Shown: positions 48,862 to 58,643, numbered from the stretch's first letter. The stretch is DNA of 64,000 nucleotides from an uncultured Nitrospiraceae bacterium (GCA_963846575.1 CAWJWJ010000001.1:1216001-1280000), one strand, 5' to 3'. The notes: generated from the letters alone by a model not told the origin. Translations and numbers: made by a program.

Positions 48862-50451
48862 ATGATCCCTCTGGCAGCGAGTACGTCAACGACCGTTACC
48901 AATCCTCGTGAGCGCGTCTACACCGCGACGGACGTCATCGTGACCGGCCTGCTGCTGCTGATCGTGTTCGGCAGCGGGCTCTTTCATCTCGAAAGTTTTC
49001 CCCCGCTCTGGTTCGATGAGGGATGGACGGTGTGTGTCGCTCGCACATGGGTTGAGACAGGACATCACGGCTGCCTGCTTCGTGGCGAGCCTGCTCCGCC
49101 GATCCTGGCCGCACATTTCCCCGTGATCGCCTCGGTGGCCGTGAGTTTCAAGCTGTTCGGCATCGGTATCTGGCAGGCCAGGATCGTCGGATTGCTGTAC
49201 ACCTTTGGCGCACTCCTGCTGTTGTACGGGGTCTCGCGCCGCATCTATTCCAGGCCGATCGCCATCGTCGCCCTCGCGCTCCTGATACTGGTTCCCTTCA
49301 AATGGTCGATTCACCCGCTCTTTATCGGGCGTCAGGTGCTGGGCGAAATGCCGATGTTGTGTTTTCTCCTGGCCGGGTTCGCTTGCGTCTTGCGAAGCGA
49401 GGAGAACCGAGGCTGGCTGGCCGGGGCGATCCTCTGCTGGAGTATTGCCTGGTGGACCAAAGGGCAAGCGGCTCCCTTCTTCATCGCCTCGCTGGCCGGA
49501 GGGGCGATGTGGGCCGGCTGGCGCAAAGACTGGACAACCGTGCGCCGGTTGTTGGTGCTGCTGGGTGGATCCTGGGCGGGTTATCGACTGCTACTCGTCA
49601 CGAAAGACCTGTTATTAGCCGGCCATACGATGCCACACCCGCCGACAGATGGAATGACGGAAGCCATTGCCATGGTATTTGTCCCGTCCGTCCGTCTGGA
49701 GACGATCCGGCACATGCTGGCCACTTGGCCGGCGTATACGATTGGTTTGGGATATGCCGCCTGGCGCCTCTGGCGGGCCGACCCCTCGCTACGTATACAC
49801 CAGACCGCGCGGCTTGAGCAGACAGTCCGGACGATGTTGCTGATCCTGGCAGTCACGTGGCTCGCGTGGTTTGCATTCCTCTGTGCGGGTGAGCCGCGTT
49901 ATGCCTTGCCGGGGCTCTTCATCGCTGCGCCATTTACGGCCGCGTTTTTTCACGACTTCACCCAGGGATTCAATGTGACGTTCCTGAGGCAAGCTTTTTG
50001 GGGGCTGGTGCGAGCCAGACGCATTACCCGTGAGGGCGTCCAGGCAGCGGTGGTCGTCGGACTCCTTGCCGTTATGGGCCTAGTTGCTCTTCAGGAGCGC
50101 TACGCGTTTCGGGGGCGAGAGGATGAGCGGGACCTGTTTGCGCTGACCGACTATCTGCATGCTGTTACGCCCTCGACCGGCCTGATCGAAACATATGACA
50201 GCGAGCTGTTCTTGTTTCTCGATCGCCGGTATACCTATGCTCCGCCGAAGGTGCTCGTGGATGTGATGCGGCGCGAGCAGAATCCTGCATGGCCGGTGAC
50301 CTACGATCCGCTGGCCGCGCACCCGGACTATATCGTCCTCGGCGAATACGGCCGCTGGGCCGCTTTTTACAAGCCCTTGATCAAGCAGGGTCGAATTAGG
50401 CTTGTGTCCACCATCGGGCGCTATGAGATCTATGAACCGGTTGATCGCTAG
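48862..50451 (+). CDS. ArnT/PMT-like (GT-C) membrane glycosyltransferase
   Basis: WFDEG loop after TM1, P..A..FKLFG.G...AR, many TMs, RY..P. Confidence 0.82.
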   Translation: MIPLAASTSTTVTNPRERVYTATDVIVTGLLLLIVFGSGLFHLESFPPLWFDEGWTVCVARTWVETGHHGCLLRGEPAPPILAAHFPVIASVAVSFKLFGIGIWQARIVGLLYTFGALLLLYGVSRRIYSRPIAIVALALLILVPFKWSIHPLFIGRQVLGEMPMLCFLLAGFACVLRSEENRGWLAGAILCWSIAWWTKGQAAPFFIASLAGGAMWAGWRKDWTTVRRLLVLLGGSWAGYRLLLVTKDLLLAGHTMPHPPTDGMTEAIAMVFVPSVRLETIRHMLATWPAYTIGLGYAAWRLWRADPSLRIHQTARLEQTVRTMLLILAVTWLAWFAFLCAGEPRYALPGLFIAAPFTAAFFHDFTQGFNVTFLRQAFWGLVRARRITREGVQAAVVVGLLAVMGLVALQERYAFRGREDERDLFALTDYLHAVTPSTGLIETYDSELFLFLDRRYTYAPPKVLVDVMRREQNPAWPVTYDPLAAHPDYIVLGEYGRWAAFYKPLIKQGRIRLVSTIGRYEIYEPVDR

Positions 50452-50697
50452 CCGCGGCTGGGCAGAGGATAGCCCTGCCGGCTGGCAGTAGCCGGTTCGC
50501 TCTTTTCCTCCTCTTGACTTTTCCCGGGGCCGATTTATTTTTCACTCCGTTGCTGATGCTACACCGGATGGATCGGGCTCAGGCCCATCCCTGGAAGAGC
50601 AACGGCGGCAGATGATGCCCCGCTTCGACCTGGGTCCATCCGATAACCTCTTATCAACCAGTAGAAGTCACCTCTCGACGGAGAGGAGGAGGAACGC

Positions 50698-51135
50698 ATG
50701 ACCAGTTATCGAGCAGCCTTGATGAATCCGATTGGACAAGACTCCTTCGACCGAAAAATCGATCGGTTGCTGGAGGAGGCCGTGAGTGCCTTTGGGGTTA
50801 ACGGATCAACGTGGACCCCCGCAAGTAATGCCTGGGAAGATGACAACGGATTCTATCTACAGCTGGCATTACCCGGGTGGGATCCTCAAGAGGTATCGCT
50901 GGAGTTGACGAACCAGATTCTCTCGATCAAAGGTGAGCGCAAAGAGGAATCCGGGCCCTCGCATTCCTTCCATTTACAAGAGATCGGCGACGGCAGGTTC
51001 ATGCGTCTCTTCAGGCTACCGACCTACATCGATCAGGACAAAGTGTCGGCGGTACAGAAGAACGGGCTCCTGACGGTGAGTTTTCCGAAACGCGAGGAAG
51101 CTAAGAGCCGGCGTATTGTAATCGAAGGACAGTGA
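50698..51135 (+). CDS. Small heat-shock protein (Hsp20)
   Basis: Strong RBS; LPG, L.IKGER, G.F.R.F.LP, A...NG.L.V..PK, terminal I.IE. Confidence 0.93.
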   Translation: MTSYRAALMNPIGQDSFDRKIDRLLEEAVSAFGVNGSTWTPASNAWEDDNGFYLQLALPGWDPQEVSLELTNQILSIKGERKEESGPSHSFHLQEIGDGRFMRLFRLPTYIDQDKVSAVQKNGLLTVSFPKREEAKSRRIVIEGQ

Positions 51136-51191
51136 TTGATCGGGATTCCGGGAGGTCAAAACCCTGCCTCGCTCGGCAGCCGGTGCGTCCC

Positions 51192-51229
51192 AAGGCCTCA
51201 CCGACCGCTACTGTCGGTGAGGCTTTTTA
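51192..51229 (+). terminator. Intrinsic terminator after hsp20
   Basis: Stem GCCTCACCGAC/GTCGGTGAGGC followed by TTTTT. Confidence 0.85.
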
Positions 51230-51591
51230 TCTCGCGGACGAAACCGTTCAATTGAATGAGGAGCAAGGGCAAAAGGTTTTCAAGGGCTCTGACTGAGTGA
51301 AAGGAGAACGGACATGAAGCACGGTCTATTTTGGATAAATGGTGGCGTCTGAGCTTCCTCGAGAAGCATTCGAATCGACAAGTGCAGGACGGCGCGCAGA
51401 AGGGGTTCCTGGAAGGTGGGCTTCGGAACTGGTGGCGTAAGGAAAAAGGAAGTGATCGGCACCGGCGTGGACGAGAATCCGGCAGTACCCGTCCGATCAC
51501 TCCCTGGTCTCACGGGTTATTCTGAATATACCTACACGCAGCGCACTCGAAGCATTCCGCGAGACTCGAGAGAAGAAAGGAGGTGAACACG

Positions 51592-51765
51592 ATGATGGAT
51601 TTGAGCTCGGTAATCGATGCCGGGCTGGCGGTAATGGGAGTGATTGCGGTGCTGTCGATGGGACTCTGGACATTGTCTTCTGAGTCCAGCACCGTGTCCA
51701 CCTCACAACAACCGTCACGCTCGACGAGGCAACATCAGGAAGTCTCGCTGCCTAAGGCAGCCTGA
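51592..51765 (+). CDS. Small single-TM protein (57 aa)
   Basis: RBS AAGGAGGTG; one hydrophobic helix; downstream hairpin. Confidence 0.7.
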   Translation: MMDLSSVIDAGLAVMGVIAVLSMGLWTLSSESSTVSTSQQPSRSTRQHQEVSLPKAA

Positions 51766-51797
51766 CGGACTGGCCGTGTCTCGATGGGGAGACCTCT

Positions 51798-51823
51798 GGG
51801 GCAGGCCATCACCGGCCTGCCCC
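51798..51823. terminator. GC-rich hairpin between convergent genes
   Basis: GGGGCAGGCC-ATCACC-GGCCTGCCCC; weak U-tract. Confidence 0.55.
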
Positions 51824-51870
51824 GAAAGGTTCCTTCCGACTCTCCCTCTAAGGACGGCGAACCACAGAGG

Positions 51871-52887
51871 TTATCGCCGGACCGACTTAGTGCGTTCAAG
51901 GTCCACAAGTTGCCGGATGGCGCCTGCGACCAGGCCGGGTTCGTCGAACTGAATGAAATGACCGCTCTGCGCGGCCAGGATCTGGCGGCTGTTAGAGGAC
52001 AGGTCGGTCAACTCCTGCTGAAGGCCCAACCACATTTTTCTGAACTTGGCCTGGTTGACGGCACCGGGCATGTCCGGCCACCAGACAGGACCGGTTGCCG
52101 TCAGCACCACCAGCGGAAGCTCGCCGAGCGGCGCGATGTGGCGAACCTGTTCTAACGTCTCGATCAGTCCATTCCCTTCATCCGCCAATGTGGAGGGGTA
52201 GCTGGTCCGCAGCCACCCGGCCCGCAGCACCGGCCGAATGTCCGCCGGGACCTTTTGTTCCTGTTGAGTCAGGAGAGGGGGCAGGCTCTCGAAAGAGGCA
52301 AGGAGCCGTGGTATGCCCAGGATGGCCATCGCACGGAGGGCCGGGAGCATGGATTTGCCGGCGTTGACGAAGGTTCTAAACTCGGCCTGGCGCATTTCCG
52401 ATTCATGTCCGGCATCGACCAGAACCATGCCGACGACTTCCCGAGGATGTTCCTCGCGATAGAGTCGGGCGACGAAGCCACCGAACGAATGACCCACCAG
52501 AATGTACGGGCCGGCGATCTGTGAACGATCGAGTAATCGACGGAGCTCTCGCGTCATGCGTTCTCCGGTGCGTGGTAGCGGCCCTGGGTCGCTCCATCCG
52601 AGTCCGGCACGATCGTAGGCGCAGACTCGCGTGAAACGGGCCACCGCCGGCTGCACCAAGGTCCAATCGAGGGACCAGCCCGTCGCAGCAGCCTCCAGCA
52701 GGACGGTAGGGCTCCCGTTTCCAATGCAATAGAGGTGCAGCCGGTGGCCGCCGATGTCGACCAGCTGTCCAGGGGGAGGAAAGTGTACCCGGTCGCGCAC
52801 CATGCTGATGAACTGATACGCCGCGCCGCAGATCACCAGCACAAGCAGTGCAGCGAGAAGCCACTTGAGAATAGGCATAGCCGCCAT
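51871..52887 (-). CDS. Membrane-anchored alpha/beta hydrolase
   Basis: YDRAG.GWS, GHSFGG nucleophile elbow, SGH.I..D.P. Confidence 0.9.
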   Translation of the reverse strand: MAAMPILKWLLAALLVLVICGAAYQFISMVRDRVHFPPPGQLVDIGGHRLHLYCIGNGSPTVLLEAAATGWSLDWTLVQPAVARFTRVCAYDRAGLGWSDPGPLPRTGERMTRELRRLLDRSQIAGPYILVGHSFGGFVARLYREEHPREVVGMVLVDAGHESEMRQAEFRTFVNAGKSMLPALRAMAILGIPRLLASFESLPPLLTQQEQKVPADIRPVLRAGWLRTSYPSTLADEGNGLIETLEQVRHIAPLGELPLVVLTATGPVWWPDMPGAVNQAKFRKMWLGLQQELTDLSSNSRQILAAQSGHFIQFDEPGLVAGAIRQLVDLERTKSVRR

Positions 52888-53107
52888 AATCCATTGTAAT
52901 GGGGGATGGAAGCAAACGGCGGCTGAGCGGTGCATCCGCCCCTGGAACGACGGATATCGTGGATCGTCACAGCTCTGTCCTCCGGAGCATGTGATCTCAA
53001 CGGTTCATGCGAGCGCAGAGTTCAAGGTCCCGGAAATCCTTGTGCGCTCGGCCATTCTGGCTTGCCACGTGTCGTAACGTGGAATCCGACGGATTGTCCG
53101 CTTCCAT

Positions 53108-55153
53108 ATGCCTTATGATAGGATGCCGCGCATGAAAATGGCTCATCGTCTGCTCTGGGGGCTGCTCTCAATTCTTGGTGCCGTGGCCTTGAGCCATGTG
53201 ACCGGTGTCATCAATCCCCACGAAAAAGTAAATGGGCTTTGGCTGGTCGTGGCGGCGGCCTGCATGTATGTGCTGGCCTACCGGTTTTATGGTCGTTGGT
53301 TGGCGCGTCGCGTCGTGCAGTTGGATGATACGCGCCTGACTCCTGCGGTCCGTTTGAACGACGGCGTGAATTTTCACCCCACCAATAAGGTCGTCTTGTT
53401 CGGTCACCATTTTGCGGCGATCGCGGGGGCAGGCCCGCTGCTCGGCCCGGTGCTGGCGGCGCAATTCGGGTTTCTTCCCGGCTTCCTCTGGTTGGTGATC
53501 GGCGCGGTGCTGGCGGGGGCGGTGCAGGATTTCATCATTCTCGTGGCCTCCATGCGGCGGAACGGCCGTTCGTTGCCTGAGATCGCCCATGATGAACTGG
53601 GTTCGCTCACCGGCACGGCGACGGCAGTGGCCGTGCTCTTTATTGTGGTGGTGGCGCTGGCGGGACTGGGCTTCGCCGTGGTCAATGCGCTGTACCATAA
53701 TGCCTGGGGCACGTTCACGATCGCGATGACGATCCCGATCGGCTTCATCATGGGATTCTATCTGCAGAAATTTCGTCCTGGAGCGGTGGCGGAAGTGTCG
53801 GTGATCGGGGTGGTCCTGCTGGTGGCGGCGGTGTTATTCGGCCGGGTCGTGGGCCAGTCGTCTTATGCCTGGCTCTTTGAGTTCGATAAGCCGTCACTCG
53901 TCTGGTTGCTGGCCGGCTATGGGTTTCTCGCCTCGGTGTTGCCGGGCTGGATGTTGCTGGTCCCGCGCGGCTACCTGTCCACCTTTATGAAGCTGGGCGT
54001 GGTCTTTCTGCTCGGCTTCGGCGTCATCCTCATGGCGCCGACGATTGAGATGCCCCGGATTACCTCATTCGCCAATGGCGGGGGACCGATTATTCCAGGC
54101 ACGTTGTTTCCTTTCCTCTTTATCACGATTGCCTGCGGCGCGGTGTCGGGATTCCACTCCCTCGTGTCGTCCGGCACGACACCCAAGATGATCGAACAGG
54201 AATCGCAGGCGGTGGTGGGATATGCGGCCATGCTGTTGGAGAGTTTTGTGGGTGTGATGGCGCTCATCGCGGCCTCGGTTCTGATTCCCGGAGACTATCT
54301 GGCGATCAATACCATGCTTTCGACGGAGACGTTGACGGCGATGGGATTCGCGCCCTCCCGGATCGCGGAATTATCCCGGCTGGTGGAAGTGGACGTGGCC
54401 GGAAGGCCGGGGGGGGCGGTGTCGCTGGCGGTGGGCATGGCGTCCATCTTTGCGGCCTTGCCCGGCATGGCCGGGTTGATGGCCTACTGGTATCAGTTCG
54501 CGCTGGTGTTCGAGGCGCTGTTCATCCTGACGACGATCGACACGGGCACGCGCGTGGCTCGCTATCTGATCCAGGAAATGGTCGGACGTGTGTGGACGCC
54601 CTTTCGACAGATGACCTGGTGGCCGGGAGTGCTGGCGAGCAGTGCCTTTGTCGTGGGATCGTGGACCTACTTGATTGGAACGGGGAGCATTTCGACCATC
54701 TGGCCGATGTTCGGTGCGGCCAATCAGCTGCTGGGGACGCTGGCGCTCTGTATCGGAACGACCGTCTTGATCAAGATGTGGAAGTCGTCCTATCTGTGGG
54801 TGACGGCGGTGCCCATGGTGTTTGTGGGTGGCATCACCCTGGCCGGCTCCTATGAGATGTTCTGGATGTTTCTGGCGAAGGCGGCGGGTCTGGCCGCCGG
54901 ACAGGCGTTCGCACTCTATCTCGATGCCTTGCTCGTGGCGGTGGTCGCACTCCTTGGTGTGGTCGTCTTGAGCGACAGCATGAAGCAGTGGTATGGGTAT
55001 GTCGTGCTCAAGCGGCCGTTTACCAGCAGTGAAGTCATCGCGACGGCCGGTGGAGGATCGGCGGGTTGTGTGCAGACGGTGATATCCCAGGAAAGCGTCA
55101 AGGACCCTGAGGCAAGGGGCTTTCGCCTTCCCCATGGAGGCGGCTGTTGTTGA
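53108..55153 (+). CDS. cstA: Carbon starvation protein A family transporter
   Basis: FGHHFAAIAGAGPL.GP, ITIACGAVSGFH, LTT.DTGTRV.RY, WP.FG.ANQLL. Confidence 0.93.
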   Translation: MPYDRMPRMKMAHRLLWGLLSILGAVALSHVTGVINPHEKVNGLWLVVAAACMYVLAYRFYGRWLARRVVQLDDTRLTPAVRLNDGVNFHPTNKVVLFGHHFAAIAGAGPLLGPVLAAQFGFLPGFLWLVIGAVLAGAVQDFIILVASMRRNGRSLPEIAHDELGSLTGTATAVAVLFIVVVALAGLGFAVVNALYHNAWGTFTIAMTIPIGFIMGFYLQKFRPGAVAEVSVIGVVLLVAAVLFGRVVGQSSYAWLFEFDKPSLVWLLAGYGFLASVLPGWMLLVPRGYLSTFMKLGVVFLLGFGVILMAPTIEMPRITSFANGGGPIIPGTLFPFLFITIACGAVSGFHSLVSSGTTPKMIEQESQAVVGYAAMLLESFVGVMALIAASVLIPGDYLAINTMLSTETLTAMGFAPSRIAELSRLVEVDVAGRPGGAVSLAVGMASIFAALPGMAGLMAYWYQFALVFEALFILTTIDTGTRVARYLIQEMVGRVWTPFRQMTWWPGVLASSAFVVGSWTYLIGTGSISTIWPMFGAANQLLGTLALCIGTTVLIKMWKSSYLWVTAVPMVFVGGITLAGSYEMFWMFLAKAAGLAAGQAFALYLDALLVAVVALLGVVVLSDSMKQWYGYVVLKRPFTSSEVIATAGGGSAGCVQTVISQESVKDPEARGFRLPHGGGCC

Positions 55154-55295
55154 AGGCGGGATACAGCCTCGGCGCCGGTGGAGATGCATCGCGGACTCAA
55201 CTCAGAACTCAGGATCCATCGATCCGAGGAGCCATGGAGACCTTGCCAGCAGCAATTGTTGAACATCCTGTCGTCGAAGAGATGAGGAGGTAGTG

Positions 55296-55793
55296 ATGGC
55301 GGACCAATCGTCCTTTGATGTGGTATCGGAAGTAAATATGCAAGAAATGAAGAACGTCGTTGATCAGGCGACAAAGGAGATCAAGCAGCGCTTCGACTTC
55401 AAGGACTCGAAGACCGAACTGACGTTGAAGGAGAAGGAAAAGGAATTGGTGGTGCTTTCCGACGACGAGTACAAGCTGAATGCGGTGAATGAGATCATCA
55501 AGACGAAATGCGTCAAACGCGGGGTTTCGCTCAAAGCCTTCGACTACGGTAAAATCGAGGACGCGTTGGGCGCCACCGTGCGCCAGCTCATCAAGATTCA
55601 GAGCGGTATTTCTTCGGAGAAGGCGAAGGAAATCACGAAGGCCGTCAAAGAATCCAAGCTGAAAGTGCAGGCGCAGATCCAAGGGGAACAGGTGCGAGTG
55701 ATCAGTAAGAGCAAGGACGATCTGCAGGCTGCCATCGCATTTCTGAAGGGCCAGGATTTCGGCATCGATTTGCAGTTCACCAACTACCGCTAG
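55296..55793 (+). CDS. yajQ: YajQ-family nucleotide/c-di-GMP-binding protein
   Basis: SFDVVS, RFDFK, QIQGEQVRV..KSKDDLQ, QFTNYR. Confidence 0.95.
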   Translation: MADQSSFDVVSEVNMQEMKNVVDQATKEIKQRFDFKDSKTELTLKEKEKELVVLSDDEYKLNAVNEIIKTKCVKRGVSLKAFDYGKIEDALGATVRQLIKIQSGISSEKAKEITKAVKESKLKVQAQIQGEQVRVISKSKDDLQAAIAFLKGQDFGIDLQFTNYR

Positions 55794-55931
55794 CCGGGAT
55801 GGCGACGATGGCTCCCGGCTTCGTTCCGCATGGTGCCGAGGCTCGCCCCGGCGGTACCGTACGTCTCGCTTCTTGCTTCAGTGCGATACGGCACTCTTCA
55901 TTGATCCCATGAGGAAACCTCCAAGGTCAGC

Positions 55932-56951
55932 ATGATCAGACTGTTCATCTGTATATGCGTCCTTGCCTGGTCTCTCGGCGGATGTAGTGGCTCCGACCCG
56001 ATCGTCGTCATTGAATTGCATCCTACCAATCCCGATATCATCTATATCGCCACCAACGACTACATTTACAAAACGCGGGATGGCGGACAAACCTGGAGCA
56101 ATCTGTCGAAAGGCATGAGCTATTCCCGTGTCATTGCGATGGCGATAGACCCCACATATCCGGCGACAATTTATGCCGGGACGAAAGGGGACGCCGTGTA
56201 CAAAAGCTATGACGGGGGCCAGCGATGGACGTCGCTCCGGCTCGGGCTCGACGATGCCACGATCTCCTCGGTCGTGAACCAGTTCGTGTTCGACCCGGCC
56301 GATGCCCAACATCTTTTTCTGGCGACGACCATGGGAGTGTTTGAATCGAAAAATGCCGGCGAGCGGTGGGTGAAGCGGATGGAAGGCATGAAAGAGGTCT
56401 TGATGGTCGTGACGCTGGGCATGGATCCCACCAGGTCGTCGGTGCTGTATGCCGGTACGAGCGGTGGAGTCTACAAGTCGACCAACCAGGCGGGGCACTG
56501 GGTGCAGGTGAATAACGGCCTGGTACCGACAGACATGGTGAAAACATCGCGGGCCTTGAGTGTCACATCGGTGCAGGTGGATCCGTCCTCGCCCGAGACG
56601 GTGTATGCCGCGACGCTCGCGGGGCTGTTTAAATCTTCAGATGGTGCGGCGAACTGGGTGCGTGTCGGGGAGTCGCTGCCGGATCAAATGATCGTGGCAA
56701 TGGTGCTCGATCGCGCGCGTGCGGGCGTGCTGTATGTGGCGGCGAGAGATGGAATCCATCGAAGCGAGGACGGCGGGAAGACCTGGACGGCGCTCAATGA
56801 CGGGTTGACGAGCACCAACATTCGGTCACTGGCGCAGAGTCGGATCAATCCAAAACTCTTCTATGCTGGGACGAACGGCAGCGGACTCTATCGAAGTGTG
56901 GACGGCGGGGCTCACTGGGAGGCGCTTTCGTCGGTGTTTCCCAAGGAGTAG
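55932..56951 (+). CDS. BNR/Asp-box beta-propeller lipoprotein (Ycf48/VPS10-like)
   Basis: Lipobox LGGC; about seven S/T-x-D/N-x-G-x-x-W repeats. Confidence 0.85.
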   Translation: MIRLFICICVLAWSLGGCSGSDPIVVIELHPTNPDIIYIATNDYIYKTRDGGQTWSNLSKGMSYSRVIAMAIDPTYPATIYAGTKGDAVYKSYDGGQRWTSLRLGLDDATISSVVNQFVFDPADAQHLFLATTMGVFESKNAGERWVKRMEGMKEVLMVVTLGMDPTRSSVLYAGTSGGVYKSTNQAGHWVQVNNGLVPTDMVKTSRALSVTSVQVDPSSPETVYAATLAGLFKSSDGAANWVRVGESLPDQMIVAMVLDRARAGVLYVAARDGIHRSEDGGKTWTALNDGLTSTNIRSLAQSRINPKLFYAGTNGSGLYRSVDGGAHWEALSSVFPKE

Positions 56952-56975
56952 CCTGGAGAGGTTCGAAAGTCTGGT

Positions 56976-58106
56976 CTAGCGACGAGACGGGCTGTTGAGC
57001 GAAGAGTCACCGATGGCGGGACCGACGCCCCGCATCTGAACAGACGAGGAACTGCCCGCATTTTCCGCATCATTGATTTCAAATCCGAACGCATTCGGCA
57101 GAGTGGTGTCTTGAGTCCGGGGCCCGATCCGGTCCGGGAGCGTGCTGTCTCTGAGATCCGCTCCTCGACGAGGATGGAGCGATTCATCCACGCTGCTGTA
57201 TGGTGAAACCGTCGCACCGATATCGGCACCGAAACTCGGATTGAGCGAACGATTCAGATTCGTGTTTTCAATCTCTCCACCGATCCTCGTGGGAATGGTT
57301 GTGTCCTGGATATCCATCCCGGTCGGGGCTGATCCCGGCGGTTTTCTGGGTCGAAGGTCACTCGTAATGGCCTCTTGTTCCTCCTCGATGCGTCGTTGCT
57401 CCCTTGCGCGCTGCTCATAGTCCAGTGAGTCGAGTTTCTCGAACCGGGTGCCGAGTTCCATCAACCGGGCCTTGGTCTTGGTGAGGGTATCGCGCGCGGT
57501 CGCGACGGTGCCGACGATTTCGCTCAGCGTCCACTGGCGCGCAAAGGTGCCGAGTTTCGGCGACTGTCCAGGGCCGCCCCCGAGTCCCTCCGCTCCACTT
57601 CCGACCCCGAATCCAGCACTATTGTAAATCCCCTTTTGCTGGACTGACATGAGAATGTGATTGGATTGCTCCAGAAGCTCGTGGATTCGTTCGAGCGAAT
57701 CAAAGTCACCCGCGCAGCACTCGAGAAGCTCACGGTACTCCCGCGCAAATTTTGTTGCCTCGTTCTGAATCTCGACGATCTTGAGGGGTTGTTTAGGTGC
57801 CGATTCGTCGCGGTCAGCCGGATCGAGCGACCCGGGTTTTGGGGAGTCGCGCTCTGTCTCGTACAGCGGGACGCAGCCGGGGTCTGAGGTCGCAGAGATC
57901 TGCTTGTCGGCCTTGCGGTTTGGGCACCAATAGATCTGGCCCGGTTGATTCAGCGGGTTGTCGGTTCTGAACTCTCCCGCTTTCGCCGAAGGCCCTGGTG
58001 TGGCCATGAGCAGACCGGTGAACAGCGTCACGCCGGCGCTGAGGGTCTTGATGGACGTCGTACACATCGTGATTCCGATGATGCGCCGGGGGTGAATTTG
58101 TGTCAA
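56976..58106 (-). CDS. Secreted hypothetical protein with coiled coil and C-terminal repeats
   Basis: Signal-like N-terminus ending AKA; long ORF; start uncertain. Confidence 0.7.
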   Translation of the reverse strand: MTQIHPRRIIGITMCTTSIKTLSAGVTLFTGLLMATPGPSAKAGEFRTDNPLNQPGQIYWCPNRKADKQISATSDPGCVPLYETERDSPKPGSLDPADRDESAPKQPLKIVEIQNEATKFAREYRELLECCAGDFDSLERIHELLEQSNHILMSVQQKGIYNSAGFGVGSGAEGLGGGPGQSPKLGTFARQWTLSEIVGTVATARDTLTKTKARLMELGTRFEKLDSLDYEQRAREQRRIEEEQEAITSDLRPRKPPGSAPTGMDIQDTTIPTRIGGEIENTNLNRSLNPSFGADIGATVSPYSSVDESLHPRRGADLRDSTLPDRIGPRTQDTTLPNAFGFEINDAENAGSSSSVQMRGVGPAIGDSSLNSPSRR

Positions 58107-58533
58107 TCAAAGCAGGATTTTGCGATGCGTGACACGGAACCGCTAAGTCGTTACGGACCTCTCCATGATTGAATCTGAAACAGTTCGAGCCCGATGGCGC
58201 ATCCCGAAGCCAGGCGGATACCACCTATGACGAGGGACTGGCCGACGTCCGGTGACCACGCTGTGGAGGCATTCCGTCCCGACATCAACCTGGCGAAGTG
58301 GCGCCCGCGCTCCTACCGTTTTCCCGAGGGACGTCGTTGCAAGACTAGGTGCGCGAGACGCGTGGGCCTTGATGCTGTCACCTTCTCAGTTGAGAGGATA
58401 TGCAATCCGACCAGGTCCTCGGACACGTGATTCATCGAACTACGGAGCCGCCTCTCTTGTGGGTACGTTGGGGATCTCACTCGGTCATGAAGCGACCGAG
58501 GCAGGCTGGAAAACATCTTTAAAGGTGGGATAG

Positions 58534-58565
58534 TTTCCCACAGTGTTATGCACATGTGTGGATAA
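58534..58565. promoter_or_regulatory. Cluster of three DnaA boxes
   Basis: TTTCCCACA (58534), TTATGCACA (58546), TGTGGATAA (58557; perfect reverse TTATCCACA). Confidence 0.7.
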
Positions 58566-58643
58566 CTTTTCCGATCGAAGTGCCTGCGGCGTAATAGCAT
58601 GTATTACGTGGACAATATTCTTGATAAATTGGGGCAAAATCTG

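Noticed and set aside
50645..50670. SAM-I riboswitch, suggested by CTCTTATC
   Set aside because: The rest of the SAM-I core is absent
55151..55200. Selenocysteine read-through of the cstA TGA after Cys-Cys
   Set aside because: Only a weak 4-bp hairpin follows; no convincing SECIS, and the extension is not protein-like
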